NCBI GenBank assembly: GCA_046290465.1
Contig: JBKAGP010000001.1
Location: forward strand, 2,336,001 to 2,400,000
Reading direction: 5' to 3'
DNA length: 64,000 nucleotides
Origin: Planctomycetota bacterium
Lineage (GTDB): Bacteria; Planctomycetota; UBA1135; UBA2386
The notes under the pieces: generated by a model
Told to the model about the DNA's origin: nothing
The model's database searches: none
What the model saw: the letters and a program-made list of their open reading frames with translations, nothing else
Position numbers and translations under genes: made by a program
Shown: positions 8,701 to 19,227 of the stretch, one piece after another
Layout: each line of letters opens with the position of its first letter
Numbering within the stretch: position 1 is the first letter of the stretch

Positions 8701-9414
8701 GTCGGCGATCTTGAGCACGCCCTGATCGGTGAGCATCAGGTTGTCGGGCTTGATGTCGCGGTGCACGACGCTCAGCCGCCGCGCCTCCTCGAGCCCCTTG
8801 CACGCCTGGCGGATCAGCGGCAGCGCCTCGCCGGCCGGCAGCCGCCCGCCGGCCAGCAGCTTGACGTGCTCGCGCAGGTTCTTGCCCTGCACGAACTCCA
8901 TCACCAGGTAGTGCACGCCCAGTTCGAAGCCGACGTCGTGCACCATCACCACGTTGGCGCTGTTGAACTTGCTGACCGTGCGCGCCTCGACCTCGAAGCG
9001 CTTCAGCATGCGCGCATCGGTCATCATCTCGGGACGGATGACCTTGACCGCGACGTCGCGATCGAGCTTGAGCTGGCGCGCCTTGTAGACCGCGCCCATC
9101 GCGCCGCGGCCGAGCATCTTGTCGATGCGGCAGCCGCCGATCGTCTTGCCGATCAGCTGCTCGGTGCCGACCAGCGCGTTGGCATCCAGCGCCGGCACGG
9201 TCCGGCCCTCGCCCTCGTCGGCCCCGTTGCCGCCGGCGGCATCTCCGTCCCTGGACTCGACCGTGCGCTCCTCGTCGCCGAGGTCGTCCGGCTGCGCGCT
9301 GCCCGATGGCACCGTGCGTTCCTCGGGGGCATCCCCGCTGCCGCCGGGTATCCCGCTGCCTCCGGGTACCTTGTGGCTCGGGATCGTGGGATCTTCGGAG
9401 TCGTCTGCGGTCAT
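5737..9414 (-). CDS. Receptor-type Ser/Thr kinase: kinase domain, TM helix, long helical ectodomain, C-terminal FGE-sulfatase (SUMF1-like) domain
   Basis: LGRGAMGAVY, VAVK, HRDIKPDN, DFG, GTPLYMSPEQ; TM LLVAIVVVLLLG; PVHKVRWNEAHAFCRW..SLPTGAEW, SGNVAEW, GVGFR; start placed at ATG 9414. Confidence 0.9.
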   Translation of the reverse strand: MTADDSEDPTIPSHKVPGGSGIPGGSGDAPEERTVPSGSAQPDDLGDEERTVESRDGDAAGGNGADEGEGRTVPALDANALVGTEQLIGKTIGGCRIDKMLGRGAMGAVYKARQLKLDRDVAVKVIRPEMMTDARMLKRFEVEARTVSKFNSANVVMVHDVGFELGVHYLVMEFVQGKNLREHVKLLAGGRLPAGEALPLIRQACKGLEEARRLSVVHRDIKPDNLMLTDQGVLKIADFGIAKPVEDEFNMTLTSELIGTPLYMSPEQCQGGADVDFRSDMYSLGATFFYLLTGEPPIRASSVYELIQTKTKLENLCLWKALPELDENHPLSRVIERMTANDRDDRYESYEELLNDLVLVEAGETIRTKVKRIKKANAEADRRDARDARAAGDDGNKGSGLLVAIVVVLLLGGGGGGYWWWSQQQQQKQVPVVKVDEPPTGGGGSERSRRQLDGIRDRLRRAGPADAALKEDLAAITVPEAMVPEVEQLHADIAAAEAVAQRLPSIEDAQQAELQLPFDDLAQRLAELEAAVELPEAAGPEVREWRSSQAARLRDAYGAAAIAAVNASLNSWKEDREQANGDKERIAALGTSLALIGAGGVRLGELLPGQADLLGRSLPSRFELDRLEEALAEAAGPMGDPDAGARLAKIRADYLEKGPLKTLRDQVDAIVPTKVEDEQAQKALVLEMDQALQIEDKIQKLTFPTSPRPPFDDVAGFFAQIDLALEPLAGSTDGGLPEWAARLKQQQRREQRLRDQVVQACRQQYDDWQVLAGRDVTLRELKSGRDAIVQSLTQAKVLFPGEQTEQALQQAVSMLDLDKSLVAAETRILRAELEKGISEINDRLQDVSNLRDWNEKRAGLDKETEALRTRLGAMADPGDLDARLRRIETGCEKWRRAEKALAAAAQSFGTGNLTSCDDALGIAQSAGTEGRTEFGQLKTIVDACRAAFEVLGSSLDVRAARQQLNQAAGVLATTTAMPPVVGLQIQRWQTGLRQLETAAQGMTVIAAADGVDAFFMAGTETTLQQFRKFVTELKAMAGDGDDATRLARVQARLAGVQMSASQFGELLRWSAIGDDMLPVHKVRWNEAHAFCRWYGKSLPTGAEWLLAARGPGKAKPYSWDGEWRDDREARNIMSRQLVKVNDGGLSWRSSELRHLSGNVAEWLAGAEGGRGAAAGGSCFKGRGATAKKYYAGDEFEELNVNDRRSGVGFRAILRPKDYTQLPWPK

Positions 9415-9632
9415 TGGGCTGGCTGCTGCCTGAGGGGGTCCCGCTTTGTAGTGGATAACCACGAGCCCCCGCAACCGACGCAGGGCGTAGCGCCCCCGTG
9501 GCAACGCTCCGGACCGGCCGGGCGCGTCACCCGAACCAGAAAAATCCGGTTCGCTGTCCATTCTGGCCGGCGCCGGGCGTCCGATCTGGGAACCCGACCG
9601 AGGCCGCGCGCCTCCCAACCCCCGCAACGACC

Positions 9633-10187
9633 ATGAAGCTGCAAGCCACCCTCCTCGCCCTGACGTTCGCCGCCCCGCTCGCCGCCCAGATGCCGCAGCC
9701 GACCAAGCAGCACAAGATGCTCGCGATGCAGGTCGGCACCTGGGACGCCAAGATGGAGTACCTCGACTTCGAGACCGGCAAGCCGACCACGTCCAAGGGC
9801 GTCTCGATCCGCAAGATGCCGCTCGGCAGCTTCTGGCTGATCGACAACTTCCAGGCCGACATGATGGGCATGCCGTTCAAGGGCATGGGCATCACCGGCT
9901 ACGACCCGGAGAAGAAGAAGCTGGTCGGCACCTGGATCGACTCGATGACCCCGAGCCTGATGGTGATCGAGGGCAACTTCGACGCCGAGGGCAAGGTGAT
10001 GACGATGAGCGGCATGGGCGTCGGCATGGACGGCAAGCCCGCCAAGACGACGATGAAGACCACCGTGCACGGCAAGGACAAGCACGTGTTCGAGATGTTC
10101 TCGTCGATGCCCGACGGCAAGGACATGAAGCTGATGACGATCACCTACACGCGCCAGGTCCGGAAGCTGGACGAAGTCCGCAAGTAG
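9633..10187 (+). CDS. Secreted DUF1579-like protein
   Basis: Signal peptide MKLQATLLALTFAAPLAA; PTKQHKML..VGTW, PFKGMGITGYDPEKKKLVGTWIDSM. Confidence 0.8.
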   Translation: MKLQATLLALTFAAPLAAQMPQPTKQHKMLAMQVGTWDAKMEYLDFETGKPTTSKGVSIRKMPLGSFWLIDNFQADMMGMPFKGMGITGYDPEKKKLVGTWIDSMTPSLMVIEGNFDAEGKVMTMSGMGVGMDGKPAKTTMKTTVHGKDKHVFEMFSSMPDGKDMKLMTITYTRQVRKLDEVRK

Positions 10188-10591
10188 GCAGAGCCGGCCG
10201 GCGGCCCCTATGATCGGACGCGATGCGCACGCTCGTCGTCCTGGGGTCGTTGCTCGTGATCGGGCTGCTCGCCTGGTCGCTCACGACGGCATCGCCGACC
10301 GCGTCCGAGCGGCAGGCCGCGCCCGGGCAACCCCGTCCCGAAGGTGCCGTTCCGTTCCGCGTGCGCGTCGTGGACCGCCGCACCGGAGAACCGGTTGCGG
10401 GCGCCGAGTTGCCGAACGGTCGCGGTCATCCTCGCGCTCGCGAATGTTGGAGGATGAACCGCGTGACCGTTCGGCAACCTTCAGAACTACGTAACAAGTC
10501 GGAACGGGCAGGGTGCCCGGGTTCGAACCGGGGGCGGTGGGGTTGCGTTCGGCGTATGCTCCGGCCATCCGAAGAAGGAGCCGCCCCACCC

Positions 10592-13243
10592 ATGCGTATC
10601 GCGATCGTTCTGGTGTTCCTGGCCCTGGCCGGGCTCGTGGCCTGGTGGTCGTTCGGCGACGTGGCCGCTCCGCCCGCGGCGCCCGACGAACGGCCGGCCC
10701 CCTCCGCACGGCAGGACGTCGAGGACGAGCAGGTGGAGACCGACGCGGTGGCCACGGTCGAGGCGAGCATCGACCGCACCGACGTCGACACCACCGAGAG
10801 CGAGCACGGCCTGCCGCCGCCGCCCGACGACGCCCACTGGATCGACGTGACGGTGGTGCTGCGCGACACCGACGAGCCGGTGCCGTTCGCGAAGGTCATG
10901 TGGGCCAACGAGAACCAGAACGAGCGCATGGGCGAGCTGCCCTACGCGCAGCAACAGCGCTACCAACAGCAGTACTGGCTGCCGGCCGAGGAGTTCGGCT
11001 ACCGGGCGCTGGCCGACGCCGAGGGCAGGGTGCGCGTCTGGTGCAAGCGAGAACATCTGCAGATCGTCGCCAAGTCCGAGGGCCGGTTCGGCTACGCGGC
11101 GGTCCAGGTCCACGAGACCAAGACCGAACACAAGCTCGAGATCGCGCCGGACCGCACGCTGCTGGTGCACGTGACGACGACCGACGAACGCGACGCCACC
11201 GGCGTGCTGGTCGGCATCGGCCAGCTCGGCGAGAAGCGTGAGCCCGGCCGCTACGGCTACAGCAACCATCAGAGCCGCACCGACGCCGAAGGCCTCGCGA
11301 CGTTCGAACACGTGCAGATCCTGCAGCGCTGGCGCTGGGGGTCGAAGCAGGGCCAGCCGGTGCCCAAGTGGACCCTGCAGCTGCACCAGCCGGGCTTCGA
11401 GCACGAGCCGACGACGATCGACGCGCAGCAGCTGCCCGACGAGCCGGTCGAGCTCCGGATGGGCGCCAGCGGCCACCTGCGCGTGCGGCCGCTGGTCGCC
11501 GGCGAGCCGCACGTCCTTCCGTACGGCATGCGCGTCTGGGACGCCGACGAACGCAACCGCGGCTTCATGGCGTGGCGCAACGTGCTGATGGCCGACGAGC
11601 ACGGCTGGGTCGAGGTGCGCCACGTCGGCCTCGGCAAGACGTTCGAGGTCGCTGCCGGCAACTGGTCGGGCAAGGTCGAAGGACCGCAGAACGACGGCGA
11701 GACCCGTTCGCACGAGATCGAGCTCAGCGAGACCCGCTGCGTGATGACGGCAAAGGTGCGGTCCGCCGACGGCGAGCCGGTGCGCGAGAAGGCGATCATC
11801 GGCGAGTTCGGCCCGCCCGAGCACCGCGACCAGGTGTGGGGCCAGAGCGACGAGCACGGCAACGTCGTGTGGCTGATGTCCCTGCCCAAGGACGGCAAGC
11901 CGCGCCTGCTCGAGCAGCTGGCGGTGACCTGGAACCCGAAGGACGGCGCGATCCAGCGGCACGAGGTCGGCACCGTGTCGCTGCCGATCGGCGTGACCGA
12001 GCTGGGCGAGGTCGCCCTCGAGCGCAGCGTGCCGCTGCTCTCGGGTCGCATCGAGGCCGACTGCGGCAGCAACGTGCGCGCCAGCTGCTCGATCCAGCAC
12101 TACGTCGTCTACGACGACCCCAAGCGCAAGCCGCGCTGGCGCAACGTGCACCGCGTCCAGGTCAAGGTCGCGGACGACCTGACGTTCTCCGCCTACGGCG
12201 AACTGCCGCCCGACCGCTACCGCATCCAGGTGCACAGCGACGCGTTCGCGCCGTTCGATCCGGTCGAGTTCGCGCCGGGAGCGACCGACCTGGTGCTGCG
12301 CCCGCGCTGCGGACACAAGCTCGCCGCCCACACCGTGCTGCCCGAAGGCATGAAGGGCAACGCGCTGCAGATGGTGCTGAAGTCGACCGGCGCCGAGGAG
12401 TCGAGCAACTGGGGTCGTCTGCGCGAGGATGTCGCAGGCCAGGCCGACCACGACTGGAAGGGCCTGGCGCCGGGCATCTACCGCCTCGAGGTCAACCTCG
12501 AGAACCGACAACATCGCAACCAACCGCTGCTCGTCATCGACAACGTGCGCGTGCCCGCCGAAGGGGACCAGCCGGTGCAGGTCGACCTGCTCGACAAGCT
12601 GACCACGTTGACGCTGAACATCGACGTGCAGGCCGAACTGGCGCCGAGCCAGTACTACGTGTTCCCGCCGCCGACCGACCCGGACGTGTGGCACGGCGCG
12701 ACCGCACCGCACGGCAAGTCGGTGATGCCGGTGCCGCTCGGCACGCACGAGATCACGATCGTCGCCGACGGCTACCGCGCCAAGACCGTGCCGGTGCAGG
12801 GCACCGAGGTCGCGGTCACGCTCGAGCCCTGGCCCAGGGCGACCGTCGCCGTCAGCGGACTGCAGGGCCTGCCCGAGGGCGTCTCGGTGCGCATGAACTG
12901 CACGCCGATCGACGACGGGCCCAAGGACCAGCGCAAGTACCGCGCCTCCTGGAACAGCGGCAAGGTCGCCGACCTGCTGCACGGCGGTCGTGCATCGAAG
13001 ACCATCAAGGACGAGCCGATCGAGTTTGCGTTCGGCACGCGGCGCATGTCGGTAACGCTGACGGCGAGTGCGCAGAAGCCGTATCGCTCGGTCAAGCTGA
13101 AGGGCTTCTCGCCGACCGAGCTGGCCAGCGCCGGCTCGCACCTGATCACGGTGTCGCCCGACGAGGTCACGCGCGTGATCGCCGAACTGCAGCGGATCGC
13201 GGACGAACGCGCCAAGAAGAAGGCGAAGAGCCGACAGCGCTGA
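10592..13243 (+). CDS. Large membrane-anchored protein with multiple beta-sandwich (carboxypeptidase-regulatory-like) repeats; ORF is open from 10223
   Basis: GAAGGAG RBS before ATG 10592; anchor MRIAIVLVFLALAGLVAWW; TDEPVPFA, ADAEGRV, TDAEGLATF, GLAPGIYRLEV. Confidence 0.7.
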   Translation: MRIAIVLVFLALAGLVAWWSFGDVAAPPAAPDERPAPSARQDVEDEQVETDAVATVEASIDRTDVDTTESEHGLPPPPDDAHWIDVTVVLRDTDEPVPFAKVMWANENQNERMGELPYAQQQRYQQQYWLPAEEFGYRALADAEGRVRVWCKREHLQIVAKSEGRFGYAAVQVHETKTEHKLEIAPDRTLLVHVTTTDERDATGVLVGIGQLGEKREPGRYGYSNHQSRTDAEGLATFEHVQILQRWRWGSKQGQPVPKWTLQLHQPGFEHEPTTIDAQQLPDEPVELRMGASGHLRVRPLVAGEPHVLPYGMRVWDADERNRGFMAWRNVLMADEHGWVEVRHVGLGKTFEVAAGNWSGKVEGPQNDGETRSHEIELSETRCVMTAKVRSADGEPVREKAIIGEFGPPEHRDQVWGQSDEHGNVVWLMSLPKDGKPRLLEQLAVTWNPKDGAIQRHEVGTVSLPIGVTELGEVALERSVPLLSGRIEADCGSNVRASCSIQHYVVYDDPKRKPRWRNVHRVQVKVADDLTFSAYGELPPDRYRIQVHSDAFAPFDPVEFAPGATDLVLRPRCGHKLAAHTVLPEGMKGNALQMVLKSTGAEESSNWGRLREDVAGQADHDWKGLAPGIYRLEVNLENRQHRNQPLLVIDNVRVPAEGDQPVQVDLLDKLTTLTLNIDVQAELAPSQYYVFPPPTDPDVWHGATAPHGKSVMPVPLGTHEITIVADGYRAKTVPVQGTEVAVTLEPWPRATVAVSGLQGLPEGVSVRMNCTPIDDGPKDQRKYRASWNSGKVADLLHGGRASKTIKDEPIEFAFGTRRMSVTLTASAQKPYRSVKLKGFSPTELASAGSHLITVSPDEVTRVIAELQRIADERAKKKAKSRQR

Positions 13244-13283
13244 GCACCGCGGTGCGGTCGCCTGCGGCCCCAGCGAACTGCCG

Positions 13284-15533
<2,250 letters not shown>

Positions 15534-15677
15534 CGGTGCGGTTCCAGTGAACGGTTCCCCCATCAAGAACGCAATGAGGGGGAGATGTCCGCGCCGCGCA
15601 GGCCATTCGCGTGGTTGGCGCTTGCCAATGCCGCCCGGCTGGACCATCGTCCGATGCGCCTCTCCCGAAGCCCGACC

Positions 15678-17213
15678 ATGCCAGCATCCACTCGACCAAG
15701 CCGCCGTCGTGCGCGCCTCCCGCTGCTCTTGCTGGCACTGGCGTCCAGCTGCGCCTACCCGATGCGCAATTCGCACATCGAGGGCCTGGAGCCGAAGGCG
15801 ATCGAAGGCTTCGACGGGGTGCGCGCCTACGACGGCTTCCCGAGCGTCGCGTTCCAGGAGGCGTTCGACGAGACCGCCCGCAAGTTCGCGGAGCGGGACA
15901 TGACGGTCGACGGCACCCGGCACTTCGACATGCTGGTGCTCAGCAGCGGTGGCGTGAACGGTGCGTTCGGCGCCGGCGTGCTGACCAGCTGGACCAAGCG
16001 CGGCGACCGGCCCGAGTTCTGGATCGTCACCGGCGTCAGCGTCGGCGCCCTGATGGCGCCGTTCGTGTTCGCGGGACCGCAGTTCGACGAACGCATCGAG
16101 GAGCTGTTCCGCAGCCGCAAGCCGAGCGACCTGCATCGCGAGAAGGGCGTGATCTCGTCGGTGCTGTGGGACGAGTCGCTCGCCGACAACCGGCCGCTCG
16201 TCGACCTGATCACCGACGGCATGGACGAGGACCTGATGAACGCGATGGCCGATCGCCACGAGGAGGGCCGCCGCTGCTGGGTCGGCTCGACCAACATGGA
16301 CATGGGCCAGTTCTGCGTCTGGGACCTCGGCGCGATCGCGACGCGGCGCAGCCCGGAGGCCCTCGAGCTGATGCGGCAGGTGCTGACCGCGTCGGCGGCG
16401 ATTCCGGTCGTCTACCCGCCGGTCCGGTTCGAGAGCGAAGAGGGCAGCGAGCTGCACAGCGACGGCGCGGTGACCCGGCCGATGTTCCTGCCGAACAACG
16501 TGTTCGACGCCAAGGTCTCGGTCGAACGTGCGGGTCTCGACTGGGGCGAGATCAAGCGGCGCATGTTCGTGATCCACAACGGCTGCATGCGGCCGTCCCC
16601 GGCGACGCTGCAGCGCGACACGCTCGCGATCGCGACGCGCACGGTGCTGATGATGAGCTACACGATGGCCGCCGAGCACGTGCTGCACCTCTACCTGCTC
16701 AGCCGCGCCTGGGGCGCCGAGTTCCAGTTCCACACGATGCCGCCGGGCCAGGAACTCGAACTGACGACCTTCAAGCCCGAGGACACCGACCGACTGTTCG
16801 TGCTCGGCCAGGGCCTGATGGAGCGCGAGGAGCCGTGGCTCGACAGCCCACCCGGCTACGTGCTCGGGCCCGACCTGGAGCGGATCCGCCCGGTCGACAC
16901 CGAGTCGCAGCGGGCCGGAGGTCCCGTCGCTGCTGCCGCGACCCCCGAGGAACCCAAGCTGGACGTCGACGTCGCCGGGCACCTGCAGCGCATCGCGGTC
17001 CAGATCCAGAAGCTGCAGGACACGGTGCAGAAGCTGTGCGAACGCCAGGACGCGGCCGAGAAGGCCGCGGCGGAGCAGGCCGCCGGCGAAGGGGCGAACG
17101 GTGAGAAGGCCGCAGGTGAAGAGGCCGCAGGCGAGCAGGCCGCCGGCGAGGAAGGCGGCGCGCAGAAGCCCGGCAAGGGCAAGGGCAAGGGCAAGGGCGG
17201 CAGCGACGGCTGA
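15678..17213 (+). CDS. Patatin-like phospholipase lipoprotein with low-complexity C-terminal tail
   Basis: Lipobox LASSC; LSSGGVNGAFGAG, TGVSVGAL (GxSxG), ASAAIP, HSDGA. Confidence 0.85.
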   Translation: MPASTRPSRRRARLPLLLLALASSCAYPMRNSHIEGLEPKAIEGFDGVRAYDGFPSVAFQEAFDETARKFAERDMTVDGTRHFDMLVLSSGGVNGAFGAGVLTSWTKRGDRPEFWIVTGVSVGALMAPFVFAGPQFDERIEELFRSRKPSDLHREKGVISSVLWDESLADNRPLVDLITDGMDEDLMNAMADRHEEGRRCWVGSTNMDMGQFCVWDLGAIATRRSPEALELMRQVLTASAAIPVVYPPVRFESEEGSELHSDGAVTRPMFLPNNVFDAKVSVERAGLDWGEIKRRMFVIHNGCMRPSPATLQRDTLAIATRTVLMMSYTMAAEHVLHLYLLSRAWGAEFQFHTMPPGQELELTTFKPEDTDRLFVLGQGLMEREEPWLDSPPGYVLGPDLERIRPVDTESQRAGGPVAAAATPEEPKLDVDVAGHLQRIAVQIQKLQDTVQKLCERQDAAEKAAAEQAAGEGANGEKAAGEEAAGEQAAGEEGGAQKPGKGKGKGKGGSDG

Positions 17214-17310
17214 CGCGGCGATCGCCGCGTGACCGCGTTGGGGCATCAAAGCGGTTGTCGCGGGCGCCTCGCGCGCCAACATGGCAGGGTCCGCTTCCGT
17301 AGGAACCGCC

Positions 17311-19212
17311 ATGCACCCGACCCGCCTGCTGCCCACCCTGTCCACCTGCTTCTTGACCGTCGCCGTCGCGACCCAGGGCCCGCCGCGCACCGCGCGCGTC
17401 GTTCCCTATCCGATCGACCTGCCGGCCGGCTTCGAGGAGGCGATCGAGAACGGCACCCGCACGCGCAGCGGCCAGCCGGGCCAGAAGCACTGGACCAACT
17501 ACGCGCACTACGACATCGCGCTCGAGGTCGATCCGGAGAACTCGCGCGTGCAGGGCACGGCGAAGATGACCTACGAGAACCGTTCGCCGGACGAACTGCG
17601 CAGCCTGACGATCCACTGCTACCAGGACATGATGAAGGCCGGCACGCAGCGCACGCGCTTCGTGACCGCGACCAACGGCCTGGAGATCGGCAAGGTGATG
17701 GTCGGTGACGATGCCGTGCGCGCCCGCGCGCGCGACACCAAGATGACGATCCGCCTGCGCGAGCGGCTGCAGCCCGGCGAGAAGGTCACCGTCACGATCG
17801 AGTACGGCTTCGACATCCCGCGCGCCGGCACCGCGCCGCGCATGGGCTACGAGGGCGACCGCGTCATCTACCTCGGCTACTGGTATCCGCAGTTCGCCGT
17901 CTACGACGACGTCGAGGGCTGGGTCGCCGACCCCTACCGCGGCAACGGCGAGTTCTACATGGACTACGCCGACTACGACCTCGCGATCACCGCACCCAAC
18001 GGCTACATCGTGCGCGCCACCGGGGTCCTGCAGAACCCCAAGGACGTGCTGACCGAAAAGGCGATGGACCGCCTCGACCAGGCGCGGGAGACCCGCGAGG
18101 TCGTGCACATCGTCGACGCCGACGACCTCGACGCCGGTGAGGCGACCCGGGTGTCGGACAGCGGCAAGCTGACCTGGAAGTTCCACGCCGAGAACGTGCG
18201 CGACGCCGCGGTCAGCCTCGGCCGCACCTACGTCTGGGACGCCACCCACGCCGTCGTGAAGGACAAGCACGGCGCGGGCAAGGACGGTGTCTGCATGATC
18301 CACGCGGTCTACGAGACCAACGCCGGCGACTGGGTGCGCGGCGCCGAGTACGCGCGGCACACGATCGAGTACATGTCCAGGATGGTGCACCCCTACCCGT
18401 GGCCGCACATGACCGCGTGCGAGGGCATCATCGGCGGTGGCATGGAGTACCCGATGATGACGATCATCGGCGGCCGGCGGCCGGCCGGCACGATCGCGCA
18501 CGAGCTGATCCACATGTGGTTCCCGATGCTGCTGGGCAGCAACGAGAAGCGCTACGCGTGGCAGGACGAAGGCTTCACGTCGTTCTGGACGACGCTGTGC
18601 CGCGGCGACTTCCAGAAGCGCACCAACGGGCCGAAGAGCACGCTGCTCAGCGTCGGCGGCGCGATCGGCCGCGGCCGCGACGTCGTCTGCATGCGCCACG
18701 GCGACACCTACGGCACAGACAGCTTCGGCTTCGCCAGCTACAGCAAGCCCGCCGCGATCCTGCACCAGCTGCGCGGCCAGCTCGGCGACGAGACGTTCTT
18801 CCGGGCGTTCCGTGAGTACGCGCGCGACTGGGCGTTCAAGCACCCCTACCCGTACGACTTCTTCCACACGTTCGAGCGCGTCTCGGGCAAGGACCTGCAG
18901 GCCTACTTCCGCACCTGGTTCTTCGAAGCGTGGGCGCTCGATCCGGCCATCGCCGCGGTCGAGGTGACCGACGCCGGCACCAAGGTGGTCGTCGAGGACC
19001 AGGGCCGCGCGGTGCTGCCGACGGTGGTCGAGGTCGTCTACGAGGACGAGAGCCGCAAGCGCCAGACCATCGACGCCGCGACCTGGTGGCGGGGCAAGCG
19101 CGCCGAGCTGACGTTCCCGGGCAAGGCGATCGAGGTGGTGATCGATCCGGACATCACGACGATCGACGCCGACCGCGACAACAACCGCTGGCGCGCCAAC
19201 GCGGGCAAGTAG
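17311..19212 (+). CDS. M1-family zinc aminopeptidase, secreted
   Basis: GGMEYPM, HELIHMWFP, WQDEGF, SYSK; N-terminal signal peptide. Confidence 0.9.
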   Translation: MHPTRLLPTLSTCFLTVAVATQGPPRTARVVPYPIDLPAGFEEAIENGTRTRSGQPGQKHWTNYAHYDIALEVDPENSRVQGTAKMTYENRSPDELRSLTIHCYQDMMKAGTQRTRFVTATNGLEIGKVMVGDDAVRARARDTKMTIRLRERLQPGEKVTVTIEYGFDIPRAGTAPRMGYEGDRVIYLGYWYPQFAVYDDVEGWVADPYRGNGEFYMDYADYDLAITAPNGYIVRATGVLQNPKDVLTEKAMDRLDQARETREVVHIVDADDLDAGEATRVSDSGKLTWKFHAENVRDAAVSLGRTYVWDATHAVVKDKHGAGKDGVCMIHAVYETNAGDWVRGAEYARHTIEYMSRMVHPYPWPHMTACEGIIGGGMEYPMMTIIGGRRPAGTIAHELIHMWFPMLLGSNEKRYAWQDEGFTSFWTTLCRGDFQKRTNGPKSTLLSVGGAIGRGRDVVCMRHGDTYGTDSFGFASYSKPAAILHQLRGQLGDETFFRAFREYARDWAFKHPYPYDFFHTFERVSGKDLQAYFRTWFFEAWALDPAIAAVEVTDAGTKVVVEDQGRAVLPTVVEVVYEDESRKRQTIDAATWWRGKRAELTFPGKAIEVVIDPDITTIDADRDNNRWRANAGK

Positions 19213-19227
19213 CCGGGCGCCAGCGGG

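Noticed and set aside
5953..9636. Very long antisense and alternate-frame ORFs (e.g. 5953-9636 +, 29964-34217 +, 54333-56978 -, and the upstream parts of 13284-17390, 36315-41390 and 51069-54257)
   Set aside because: Shadow ORFs expected in high-GC DNA; Arg/Ala/Pro-rich or mirror composition with no motifs
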